64,000 bases of DNA, taken from the human T2T-CHM13v2.0 reference genome, Homo sapiens. The position numbers and the translations under genes are program-made. Positions 48,892-63,441 of the stretch are shown piece after piece. Position 1 is the stretch's first letter; each line of letters begins with the position of its first letter. The notes under the pieces were generated by a model. That model worked only from the letters and a program-made list of their open reading frames with translations. It ran no database searches and was not told the DNA's origin. Location of the stretch: NCBI RefSeq assembly GCF_009914755.1, contig NC_060930.1. One strand, given 5' to 3'.

Positions 48892-51800
48892 TGAAGCTGT
48901 TTGAGTGCCCATTAAAACAAGCATTGAAGCTAATCCAGAGAGGGGCTTCCAGGGTACAGGGGTGGGGTTTGGCCGCCTCCAGGAGTGGCTGTCTTGATTC
49001 TCGGCCATTATGTCACTTGACCTCAAAGAAGCTGATTCAAAACAGAAGGGCATTTCACCCTTGAAAGAGATGCTTGCTCTTGGTTTTAAAATTAAAACAA
49101 TAGGAGCAGGCTCATGGAAAAACTGCCGTCATCACAGTCACCAATTTGGTGATTTGAAAACATTTTAAAGCACATTTATTTTATTAGTAGAGGCAAGCAG
49201 AAAGTTCGTAAATCTAACAACAAAAATGGGAGCTTTTTTGTTTTACTTAAGTCTATTCCATGTTCTTATCTTTATAAACAAATCAACATTTGGAAATGCC
49301 TTCCCCTAGCCTATAGATTCTTCTGTACTCAGCAAGGAATAAAGTACTCACTTTCAAAGAGTAGGATGTTTTTCACTTTTAACGCTGGATGATCAGAGAC
49401 CTAGTAAGATTTATTTTCAAGGCATGACTTACTTTGAACTTCAGAATATAGATATTTTTCCTTCTGAAATTCCCACCTAACTTTTAGTTTGCACAGTGGC
49501 ACATATAAAATGGTGCAAAGTGAGGAAGTAGATTTCTTGGCCCTCTGTCACCTGGCACCTTGCTTGATCTGCTCAGGACAGTTGGCTGTGGGCCCTTTTA
49601 AAGACCTGAAAGAATAGAGTGTCCTTCAATAGTGGTTTTCCCAGGGGGCCTTCCCGTTCATGAACAGGATGTTCTTCCCCAGACGATCAGTGTAATTTAA
49701 ATTCATTCAGTCGGGTTCTGCTTTTGTGAAAGTGAAGACGGATTGGTCAATGCCATTCTTAAAACGACCTTCTCTGTTGTAAAAGAATCCTTAGGTCCTT
49801 CCTAGCCCCTGGGTTTTCCACATATTTCCACATGTTGACTTTCCTTATTTTCTGTCCTTTCATATTCATGTAATTCTTGCAGCACTTTTAATACTACTAG
49901 TATGTAGCAGGAACTTTTCTTCTGGCTCTTTCTGTATCATGGCAACAGTTTTTCAATGGTTGAGTTTTTGTTTTAAAATAACAATTCTCTTTCTCACTCA
50001 TTCAGCCTCTGGTTTGCTCTGACTCACAGATATTTTGAAAAATAACCAGTCTTAGTTTTATGTATTTATTTTTTACTTTCAGAAGTGTTCTACCCAATTC
50101 ATCTGCTCTTGTATGTTTTGACATGACCTTGATAGAACAGACGCACTTCTTCTGTTAATTGATGACTCACCTCTGTGAGTTTACATCATGTAATACTGAG
50201 AAATTTCCCAATCTGAGCACCTTGAATTGTTGATGTGCCTCTCATGTTATTTACTGTCAGATTAATACTATAACTCCATGAGGGCCTTGTCTCTAGAAGT
50301 TATATTTCTGGGATTTGTGCTAGTTAGTGTTGTAGGCCAGTGATTAATTCTTCATTGACATTGAGTATGGACATTTGGGCAAGCTCATCTCCAGGCACCG
50401 CCCCCACCTAACGTGCTCCTGTGTAATCCCTATCCCAAGTATCAGTCTGAGGCTGAGTATTTTTAAAATACTGTGAGCTTGAGACACTAATGGACAGTTT
50501 GAACACTTGCAAAAATATGTGTTCAGTAGGAAGTTATATATTTGCATATTCCTTTTCTTGTAGTACAGTTGTACAATCAAACAAATTTAACTTTCTAATT
50601 ATCCAGAGAATGTAAATAAGTGTTCTATCATCTTACAATAGAAAGAACTTTTTAAAAAAGGGATTAATCTTATTTCTTTGCTAGATTTATTTAAAAGGTT
50701 ATTTTCCATTCTCCTTGTCATATATCTTTCATTTTATCTAAAAGTTTCCTTTATTCTTCAACCTCAAGCTCTTTGTCTTTCGAAAATGCCATATTTGCTT
50801 GATGAAGCCTCAGGGAAATGATAATGCTTTGTATCCACTGGAAGTGGTCACTTGTCTCGTATTTTATTTGGTCATTCAATTTTTGTTTGAGAGAACAGAC
50901 ATGCATGACATTTTGCAATTTTGTCCATTTTTGAATTCAACCCCAAAACATGTGTTTCCAACTGCATGGCCATTCCATTGACTAGCCCTCCTCATCCCAA
51001 GCATCTATCTAAAGTGTTTTTATAATTTTCAGTACAGGAAGTGTGTGAACTAAAAAAACTTCATTTAGGCTTCATTTATTTAGGTCATCAACGTCAAGGG
51101 CTGGTTCATGTATTGATTTATTTTTTATGAGTCTCTTTACAGTCCATTTTCTCTTTTGAAGGAATGCTGTTTAAAGAACTACTTGATCTTATAGAAAAAG
51201 TTAGAAATTAATTCAAGCAATCTTTATTGTTATATTCTTTGTCACTCCTCCACTGTAAAAAAGAATCAATTCCAGATATCTTAGCCTATCACTGAAAGAG
51301 GTTTTAGTTGGTAGTTAAGAAAACTGGTCCATTCTTTCAGTTTTTCATTTTAGAAATAAATGCATACAATAGGCATGTGAAAACTTAAATGAGATTCTAA
51401 TTTATTGCAGTCATAATTTCCACATAAATTCTTTGTCACTTATTTCATATGTATCAGAAATAACTTGGGCTCCAACATTGCAGTAGATGCTGTGGTTTAA
51501 AGCAGGGACGTGCAAAAGCCATACAATGATGAGGCATCTGGGTGCCATACCATGTCTGTGAAGCCCTGAGTCACGGGAAAGGAACTAGAATAAAATCACT
51601 GCTTTTGCAAGAAGGAGGAAATGTACATGGCATTATAAGCTGGAAAGAGAAGGTTAATGTTAAAAATTAGCCTTGAGAGGTGGTCATAACATTGCTTACC
51701 CAGTTAGGTGATTTGGTGAATATATTTGTGTAGAAAGGTTTTTCTCTTTCTATAGAATAGATATAGGTCCAGTTAAGCTGACGATAAGAGAAATCAGATT

Positions 51801-52454
51801 GCCCATTGATATTTAATACAGAATTAGGATAATGTCTATTAGAAAACAAGTCGGTAGTAGCAGCAGCAGCAGCAGCATCAGTGAATAAGAACAGCTCTGA
51901 GACCTCCTGATGTCAGTTGTCACGAAATGCTTTCCTTATCTCCTGGCCCTCTCCAGACCCCAATGGCCGTCTCTCACTTTGTGGCCCATTCCTGGTATGC
52001 TCTGATTTTATAGTTGAACTCCCAGATTAGATTGTAAGGCCCAGAACAAAGCTCCAGCCCTGTATTTGCATATTTGTAATGTTAACTAAGCCTCAACTTC
52101 AGTATAACAGCTGTCAGGATGACTACCACATTCTCAGTACAGCCTTAATGAAAAGTAGTGGAAGAAACCAGCATTCATAGAGTGTCTGCCTTGTGCCAGG
52201 CAGTGCGCTAGAAGGCTTCAAATATGATATAAGTATTATTTTAATAATGAAGAATCTAAAGCTCAGAGAGTGTAAGTACTTTACCTGAGATCACACAGCA
52301 AGTAAGTGGCAGAACCAGGATTTGCATCTAGATTTCTGTGATTTCAAAAATGTAGGCATTTTCCTTCTAGGATGTTTCTACTTTATCAATTCAGTTAATT
52401 ATATATATATATATTTTTTTTTTTTTTTAATGAATAAGCAATGCTTATAGTATA

Positions 52455-52533
52455 TTAGGTTGGTGCAAAAGTAATCGCAGTTTTTACCATTGAAAATAAT
52501 GGCAAAACTGCGATTACTTTTGCACCAACCTAA
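52455..52533. mobile_element. MADE1 (Hsmar1-derived MITE)
   Basis: ttaggttggtgcaaaagtaat...attacttttgcaccaacctaa palindrome with TA target duplications. Confidence 0.96.
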
Positions 52534-53559
52534 TACATTGTACTTTTCTGTTCATTTCTTCCATTTAATAGCTGTTCATTAGACTTCTCTGAGAAGCTGG
52601 TAATACAAAATATTGAAGCCCGAATCTACAATTAAACTTTTATTACTGATTTTTAAAAAAGATAATTAGCTGTAACATTAATGTGTGTTGTGGGGCACAG
52701 GGCGGTCACTCAGTGGCTTTTACTAGAAAAACAACAGTGAATTTGAATCAAGTTCTGCAAATACAGAAATCACTAAGATATAAGCAGTTCCGTGAAGTTT
52801 GCAACCACCTAAAAGGATAATAAAGTTTTCATTCTTTATAACATCAGCATTGTTCCTACTGAAATTAAAAAGTGTGGTCAAACACAGTCACTGAATCAAC
52901 CGTTTTCTTTCTGGGCAAATGTGGCATCTTCATTCACTGAGAGAAAAGGGTCACCATGAATTAACTTGGGCAGTTCGATGGGAAAGTTACCAGCGTTTTT
53001 GGCTAGGATGGGGAAGCGGTGAGTGAGTAATTCTCTTGGCCTGATTGGACAACTGTAAACATAACCTTCTCCCCCCCTCTTCTCAGCGATTTAAAGCTAA
53101 ACAAAATGAAAGTCTGTTTGAAAAGCTTGCTGTTGGTGTCAGAGCCGTGGGATTTCAAACCTGGGTTTTCAGGATGCCTGAGTACATGGATCCTCTAACA
53201 CATATCCCTTCATTATCTCTACTGAATGTAGCTGATGTTAGGGGAAGTTCTGTGCTGGAGACAGGGAATCTCACAGCACTGGACTCATGGAGGGTTTTTC
53301 TTTTGTTTTTTAGGCTTTTTAAAAAAAATGGTTGGTTTTTGCATGTTAAGGGGATTCTAGACCTCTGGGGTAGGCAGAGTTCCAGTGGCCTGTGAAAGGG
53401 AAAAATGAGTGAAGTTTCCTTACGACATGACTCATGTGTTTTTTTCTCATCATTTCTCGTTTTCTACTTTCATCCTGTCCACGTATTTGTGATTCAGAGA
53501 TGTCCTGCAAACGGGGACTGCTGGGTTGGTGCACTGCCGGCTGGCTTAAGCATAACTGA

Positions 53560-53730
<171 letters not shown>

Positions 53731-54344
53731 TGAGTATCTTTGAGAATTGATACTGGGTACCGTTTTCCTTGGTAATCCTGAGTCACGTTTGGAAAAAAGC
53801 TCTATTTCACTTGCCTTACAGACTCCACTGTTCCACGTGGAATGAATGATGACCACTCTCACTGCCATCTCCTTCCTTGAGTAGCACAGTTCCTTTAATG
53901 CCTTTGCTTCCAGTTTTCTTCAAGTAACAAATCCAGATAAGTCTGGCCTCTGTGGTCTGAGTCATTTTGCACACGGCCTTTTCTTCTTGCTAGTTGCAAG
54001 CATGTAACTACTACACACACATAGTGCCATGAAGTGGAGCCCTGTGATTTGGTCCCCAAGAGTATGTGCTGGCATTTTGGAACACCAGTCTTATTATGGG
54101 CCCAGTACCTGGCCCCACATGGCCTATACTAAGCCTAGGATTTTGTGGTCTGGGGTGTCCTGGAATGAACCCAGTCTCTGTGGGACCAAAGCAGACCAGA
54201 TCCCTCAGGGGTCTGGTGTCAGGCCCAGGTGTCTGCCCTCTCAGACCTGCTTTGGGGTCATAGTCTAGGGACAGGCCACCACAGTGGCACACAAGTTTTG
54301 TTTCCTGAAATTTGCTTTCTCAGACCCCAAGGGTGAAGGTGAGT

Positions 54345-54345
<1 letters not shown>

Positions 54346-54378
<33 letters not shown>

Positions 54379-54657
54379 GGAGTCTCGCTCTGTAGCCCAG
54401 ACTGGAGTGTAGTGGCACAATCTTGCCTCACTGCAACTTCTGCCTCCCAGATCCCAGTTAAGCAATTCTCCTGCCTCAGCCTCCCGACTGGCTAGGATTA
54501 CAGGTGCACGCCACCATGCCCAGATAATTTGTGTATTTTTAGTAGAGATGGGGTTTCTCCATGTTGGCCAGGCTGGTCTTGAACTCCTGACCTTGTGATC
54601 CGCCCATCTTGGCCTCCCAGAGTGCTGGGATTACAGGTGTGAGCCACGCGCCCGGCC
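54346..54657 (-). mobile_element. Alu (AluS-like)
   Basis: TSD ggtgagtctt. Confidence 0.94.
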
Positions 54658-55164
54658 TTTGGTGAGTCTTACATGTAGTTTAGCTTGTCCTTTGCATTGT
54701 GTCATAAAACTGTAAAATGAAGATTTCATGTTTCATATTTGTTATGATCATGGGTCAGCTAAAATACCCACCTGGGATATATATGAAATGTTTTGAAAAT
54801 TTCCTGGAAGAGAATTAAACTATTTTATTTGGCTATCGAATTATATTGATTCTTAAGCCAATAGTTTTCTGCTGTCAATCTTTTTTAGAAATGAGAGAAA
54901 ATATGATTTTTTTCTTTCTCAGGGAGAAGTTTGTTTTTTAAAAAAATGCAGGCTAGAATGAGAGATGACCACAATCTAGCTCTTTAAGAGAGAGAAATTT
55001 ACACACTGAGTGCTATGGTGATGGAAATCCAATCAGATGTTGCTCTTCTAACGACTGAGCTTTCACCATTTGTTCTAATCTCTTTCTCCAGGCAATTCGG
55101 TAGTATTATCCCTCTATTCTCCCCCATTGCTGGGATTACATGAACATTGGTTCATGTAAATCAC

Positions 55165-55431
55165 TTTTTTTTTTTTTTTTTCCTCTGAGAGGGAGTCTCA
55201 CTCTGTCGCCCAGGCTGGAGTGCAGTGACGCGATCTCAGCTCACTGCAAGCTCCACCTCCCGGATTCACACCATTCTCCTGCCTCAGCTTCCTGAGTAGC
55301 TGGGACTACAGACGCCCACCACCACGCCCAGCTAATTTTTTGTATTTTTAGTAGAGACGGGGTTTCACCGTGTTAGTCAGGATGGTCTCAATCTCCTGAC
55401 CTCGTGATCCACCTGCCTCAGCCTCCCAAAG
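55165..55431 (-). mobile_element. AluY-like, 5'-truncated
   Basis: AluY-type motifs; TSD gtaaatcact. Confidence 0.92.
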
Positions 55432-55694
55432 GTAAATCACTCTTTACTGATGAAATGCAGCCCCCTTGGATGTTAAAAATAGTGGAAAAAATGTAACCTG
55501 ATAAGAATGTACTAAAAGTAAGTAAAATAAAAAGTGACTCACATCCCACTTTAAGCAAACAAAAATAGTCAATAAGCTTTAATTTTTAATCAAAGAGATA
55601 AATAATAGCACTGAGTTAACACAAGAAAAACGTCAAGATCCATGAGGAATGTCAATATTTCTGAGAGCTAGGATGTTAATGGTTTAAATAATAA

Positions 55695-55931
<237 letters not shown>

Positions 55932-56871
55932 TGACAAGAAAAGCTGAGAATGGCCCTTCTGAGATTTTAAATGGTGCTAAATACACATACTCCTTGGCAT
56001 TAACCTGCTCCAAGTCCGTGCTTTATTTACGTAGAGAAACACTGAATTCAACACACGTTTATTAAGCACTTTGGGCTGTTCAGCACCGTGCTTGGTGCTG
56101 GGAATACAAAATACAGAACTTGCCTTCTGTGTACAGACAAGAGAGACAGACATGTGAAGAAATGGTTATTCTTCAGTGCACTAAGCGTTGTAAATTTGAA
56201 TACAAAGGAAGGATTTTATTTTCTAAACTATGCCTTGCTACAAAATGGATGTTACCTGAATCAAACCTAAAGCTTTTTTTTTTTGGGGGGGGGGTGGCAG
56301 TAGACTTGTCGATCATAGCATAAGTTGTTCTAGAAGCACATAGCCAGTCTAAGAAATAAACTCAAAGTTCTTCCTGGGTACCAGGCTTTGGTAATAATGT
56401 TTCAGAGAGGGGTGTTTTCCCTCATTTGCCTTATCTGTAGCCATGAAGGAAGGTATCATAGAATTGATTTTTCCCCCCTGGATCTATAATTTCATTGCTA
56501 GAGAAATGACTGTTTCTGTCTAAATTGCATGGGTGGAGGGAGTAAAGATAGTTGGAGAGCTGGGCCTCAAGGTAATTATGACCATTCAATTTTCAAGACA
56601 CTCTCCTCCAGCACCTGTATAGCACTCATTTTGTAGCCTGTTGAAGTTCCTGTGTATGAGCTGGTTGTCTGCTTGAAATATGTAGGTAATGCACTTTATC
56701 TACCAAATAAAAACAGCAGGGAAAGCAGACATTTTTGCTCAGCTGCTGCTCTCTGGTGGGCACAGTGAGCTAAAACCAAGCATCGCCCCTATGCGAATGA
56801 CCGAACGTCACCAGCCTGCCACCCACCTCACTTGATTCAAACAAAGCCTGCACAGCAGCTTCAGTTGATTA

Positions 56872-57634
56872 CAGTGGTTCTCACGGGGAAGGGGTGAGAG
56901 GCTATCATTTTGCTCCCCCATGGACTCCAGGGCAATGTCTTTCAATGGTCAGACTGGGTTGAGGTGAAGTGGAGTGGATATTGCTGGCATCTAGGGCAGC
57001 AGTGCCCAATCTTTTTGCACCAGGGACTGGTTTCGTGGAAGGCAATTTTTCCACGGAGCTGGTGTAGGTGGTGGTTTCAGGATGATTCACATGCATTACA
57101 TTTATTGTTCACTTCATTTCTATTGTTATTACATTGTAATATATAATGAAATAATTATACAACTCACCATAATGTAGAATCAGTGGGAGCCCTGAGCTTG
57201 TTTTCCTGCAACTAGATGATCCCATCTGGGGATGATGGGAGACAGTGACAGATCATCAGGCATTAGATTCTCATAAACAGCGTGCAACCTAGATGCCTCG
57301 TGTGCACAATTCACAATAGGATTCGTGCTCCTACGAGAATCTAATACCGCCGCTGATCTGACAGGAGGTGGAGCTCAGACAGTAATGCGGGTAATGGAGA
57401 GTGGCTGTGAAAACAGATGAAGCTTGGCCTGCTCACCCGCCACTCACCTCCTGCTGTACGGCCCACTTCTTAACAGGCCACAGACGGGTTCTGGTCCGTG
57501 GCCCGGGAGTTGGAGAATGCTGATCTAGAGGATAGAGGCCAGGGACGCTGCCAAACATCTTAGCATGCACAGGACGGTCTGCACAGCAAAGAGCTGTCCA
57601 TCAAAATGATCAGTGCTCAGGCTGAGAAACCGTG
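56872..57634. mobile_element. MER20-like hAT element split by MER1A
   Basis: cagtggttctca... start, tggcatctag|...|agaggccagggacgctgccaaacat and ...gctgagaaaccgtg end. Confidence 0.75.
56997..57522. mobile_element. MER1A (hAT-Charlie)
   Basis: caccagggactggtttcgtggaag...cattagattctcataa...; 8-bp TSD atctaggg/atctagag. Confidence 0.88.
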
Positions 57635-58050
57635 GCTTGTTAGACCTGCAGGAGATAGATGTCTGGACTGCCTTCAGCATGTCTTATCCATGATTTTTTT
57701 TCTTTATTCTTTTCATTCTCTTGTCCTTGTGGGTGACGGAGTGATAGTGATTCTATATTTCTTCCCAGCAATGAAGCAGTCAGCATGCTAGTGAGAGCAT
57801 GCTACTAATTGAAAGCATTTTATTAAGTTTGCTTTTCCCCAAGATAGATTGAAACAGCCACTAAAACTCTTAAGCTTTACGTTCACAGAGGTTTTCTGCT
57901 TTATGAATCAGAAGCATAGAATTTTAATGTCATTTTGGCATTTTTCAATAATTTTACTACCATATAGCAATCTTATGTGCTTAGTTCTGTTTTTTTAAAG
58001 CAGCCATTTCACATAAGTTAAGGAATAAAAGAAACAACTGATCATTATAA

Positions 58051-58398
<348 letters not shown>

Positions 58399-59808
58399 TT
58401 GTGTGTTTTTTTAAAAAAACTTTTTAGTAAATATACCAACCATTATGGTAGGGATATTTGTTTTCTCTGTTGCTGCTATATGCCCAATACCTGGATTAGT
58501 GCCTGTTATTGTAGGTAATTCATAAACATGTGATGAATAAATTAATAATTTTTTAAAGCATTTGAAAATATATCAGAGACCCACATTTACTATTGCTGTT
58601 TTTCAAACTGCGTGCTTTTTTCAGAAGCATTACAGAAGATTTTAATGGGAAAAAAGTTACTTATTTTATGACGCAGAAAGGAGGAATGAATTTTTTTTTT
58701 TTAAGGAATTCATACTTTGGAGCTTCAGTAACTTCCTAATAATGTCAGCTCTAGTTTTCTTTGTTGTTTTTGAGGTCGCTTGCTCACTTTCCTCACATTG
58801 AAAGCACTAATGTGTGTTGGATCAGAAGCTGCTGTTGCTGATGTCCTCAGATGTTTGCAGGACCTGCGGAGCTGTGTTAAGGCCCTTCTGATGACTCGGC
58901 AGCATGCAAATAGCAGGTTTCATTTTAGCTGGTTTTGAGCCCGTGTGGCTGCGGCCATATGTAATATGCCAGAGACTTTTCTATTTTGGCAAGTAAACAA
59001 TTCTCACTGCAAACTTTCTGAAGTGTGATATCGTCTATTGATGTAGCACCACGAATCAAATAAGCATGCTATACTCAAATGTGCAAATGAGGAGCCGCTG
59101 AGAGGATAATACTTAGCTACTCAAAATGCAGGAAGTACTGCTGAGTCACTCCCATCAGGATTCTGGTGTGAAAGAGATTTCCCAGCTTTTTACTGACAAC
59201 ACTTTAGAAAAGTGAAAGAAGCTAAAACTTTAGAGTAACATATGGAAATTTTATGGTAGACTGGAAAATAGTATGTTTGCTGTATATGTGGGTTTTAAAT
59301 TCATGTTTCCTTATCCAATGCCAATAATTTGTACAAATAGAAATATAAGAATCTAGCCAATTTTTTTTTTCCAGGAATACACTTTTTTAAAAGTGCATGT
59401 TTCCTATCCAAGTAGATTAAATATCCTCTGACTACACTTCCAGGTATTCTAGTAATCATGGATTGTACTTGATCTACATTTGAAGTCCAGCCTTGCTACT
59501 GGGCTTTTGCGTATGCTGAGTCTCTAAACCTTTAAGTATTTTGTCTGTGTGGTAGACAGATTTTTTTTTTCTTGGAGATTCCAAGAATATCTATTCGAGA
59601 ATGAGAAATAGTATTTGAGTGCTTAATAAATAGTGACATTGGCCACGACTTTAAAAGTAAGCGAGGATGTAAGTTTAAGAGGAGGAGAATATTGGTTATA
59701 GAATCAAATATAGGTATAGATTGATTTGATTGATTTCGTTGAAGGCCAAGTCGCTGAGAATTACAAAACAACACCTGTCCACTCTGATGAACTTCTTCAT
59801 TTTGTTGA

Positions 59809-59976
<168 letters not shown>

Positions 59977-60367
59977 TAGATTATTTTCTTTGGAGTTAAT
60001 ATCTGACATATACTGAGCACTAGGTTCAGGCAATTTCAAGGTGAATAAGACCAAGTCCTGCCCTTCAGGTGCTATTAGAGAATCAGACCAATAAACTCTC
60101 TGGACTCAGAGTCGTGTTTGTTTATTAGTAGACATGCAGCAGCAGCAGCCCAAAACAGGAGGTGATGAATTTTGATCGGAGACAATAGGGAAAGCATCTC
60201 AGAGGAAGGATCTAGAGAGCAGGGGGAATAAGCCAGGGAGACAAGCACATGAAGATGACCAGCAAAATAAAGGGAGTGGGGAAGGGAGGGGAATTTTATA
60301 TGTGACTGATAAATTCGGGCCAATGGTAGTTGGAGTTGGCTGAATGGTATGAAGGAAAAGATCAACT

Positions 60368-60660
<293 letters not shown>

Positions 60661-61009
60661 AGATCAAGTTTAAACCTACCACTTTAAGCTCTTTCTTACC
60701 CTTTTGGGCAAATGACATGACTGCTCTGAATTTGTTTCCTCATCTGTAAAATGGTTAGAGAGAGTGTGCATTACCACTGAGAGGTCACGAATGTTAAGAG
60801 CAGAGTCTGGTGCCTGGCCCTGCAGTGTCCTCCACGCGGGATCCTCCGTGCCACATGGATTCCCAGGTCATGAGGGTAACTTGCTGTGAGTCCCCTGTCC
60901 ACTGAGGAGCTGAGGGATAGCACTCGGAGAATTCATAACTGGGCCCTGCCCTGGTCCTGACAGAGGGTTGTGGCTCAAGGCTTCCTTTCTCTGGGCCTTC
61001 ATTTCCTAA

Positions 61010-61405
<396 letters not shown>

Positions 61406-61999
61406 TAGTGAAAAACAGAACAAGAACCAGCCAGCCCTCGAGGCAGAGGGAGGGTCTCGTGTTAATCCCTGGGTTAGCATCACTTCACCCCTCTGACCTC
61501 AGCTTCCCTCTAGAATTCCTGTTGCACACCCTCCCTCTCCCCACCTGGCTCCTGCTCCACACACCTGGTTTCTGTGTTTTCTCCATCTGAAGAAAGATTT
61601 CTGCCTTCTGTGTGCTCAGAGGTACCTTTATGGGACAGATGGGGTTCCACAAAGTGTGTGCAGCCATGACAGGGCCGGGATTGCCACTGGTTAGGACAGG
61701 TGGGAAGTGCCTCCTCTAAGAAGTGGGAGCCCTCTGAGGAGGGAAGGCGTTCAGAGTGCCGGGCGGGCAGCCTGGCTGAGAGCACCAGGGGTACCCCAGG
61801 CACCCCTGGTTCTGCAGGGCAGGAGGGTGGAGGGGCTGTGACCGGGGGCCTGCGTGGAATTCCGTACAGTCAGAGACACCTGTCTGGCCTCTGCGGAGCT
61901 CACAGTCACATCCTATGCAGGTCACTCAGAGGGGTGACTTGTGGGACCCCGATTCTGGCCTTTGTGGCATCTTCACTTCTGCATGACCTGTGTATCTGA

Positions 62000-62287
<288 letters not shown>

Positions 62288-63045
62288 TGATTCTTGTCAC
62301 ACGCTACTACCTCACTGCCTTTTTCTCTCCTACACTAAGCAAGTGAGGGCATTTTTAGGGTAGGGTTGGGGCTGATCTGTGTGGTCCAATAAGGGCAGCT
62401 CGTTACTATGATGAGCATTCATTATTCTACAGAAAGAGTTAGTTAGTTACCAGTTTTCCAACACTGCCCTTGACCTCAGCTGTGGGTGATAGCGTAAGCC
62501 CCGGGTCAAACCTTGCTGCTGGAAGAGCTGTAGGCAGAAACTCCTGGCACCTTGATCGCAGCTAGCTCCACAGGGGCCACAAGGAAACTCTGCGCCCACC
62601 TCTCTCCCACCATCACTCCAAGCATCTACTAGCATGAGTCTGCAATGAGAGATTATGTTTCCTCTTTGCAAAACTCTTGATCCTGAGGACTTAAAAGCTG
62701 GATTTTAATAGCTCTGTAAGTGGAGGAGGAGTCTCCTCTGTTGTGGGCTCTGTGGAGGTAAAGGAATTAGCTCTTATCAAGAGTACAATTATAGTGCAAG
62801 CCAGCAGAATCCATCACAGCCTGCAATGTACATCTTCCTAACCCATGATTAATAAAACACCCTGCTTGCCTACTAAGCCAGAGGGCTGGGATGTACAGGA
62901 TCCATTGCAAATGATACTTACTAATCTTTTGATTAGCCTGAAGGTGACTATGGGAACAGTGTGTGGGTTGCAGGCTAGTTGTTGGCGGTGTTATCATGTG
63001 TCTGGGCTGGCTGACACCCTTCTGTCTTCCTTCTCCCTCTCACAG

Positions 63046-63196
63046 GAGCACATGCCCACTTTCCTGTTCAATGGATATGAAGATTTGGACACCTTTAAGC
63101 TGCTGGAGGAGGAAGACTTGGATGAGTTAAATATCAGGGACCCGGAACACAGAGCTGTTCTCTTGACAGCAGTGGAGCTGTTACAAGAGTATGACA
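63046..63196 (+). CDS. SASH1: SASH1 exon 16 (151 nt; [14 protein letters not shown]...ELLQEYD), SAM1 domain
   Basis: Acceptor ctctcacag|GAG, donor ACA|gtaagt; SAM signature F..NGY.DL....L..EDL.ELNI....HR..LL. Confidence 0.97.
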
Positions 63197-63441
63197 GTAA
63201 GTCCCTGTATGCACAGAGGTGTTCCCTGTGAGGTCTGCCACAGCAGGCCCCACGTATGCTGCCAGTATGTGCTTAGGTCCCTGGAGTCACTTATTCTGTC
63301 CTGTTCTTTCTGTTACAAGAGTATGACAGTAAGTCCCTGTACGCACAGAGGTGTTCCCTGTGAGGTCTGCCACAGCAGGCCCCACCTACGCTGCCAGTAT
63401 GTGCTTAGGTCCCTGGAGTCACTTATTCTGTCCTGTTCTTT
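63178..63441 (+). repeat. 132-bp x2 tandem duplication spanning the exon 16 / intron 16 junction
   Basis: 63178-63309 and 63310-63441 align without gaps and with 3 mismatches. Confidence 0.97.

Noticed and set aside
63043-63048. NAGNAG (CAG GAG) at the exon 16 acceptor
   Set aside because: A distal GAG acceptor is rarely used; no further support.
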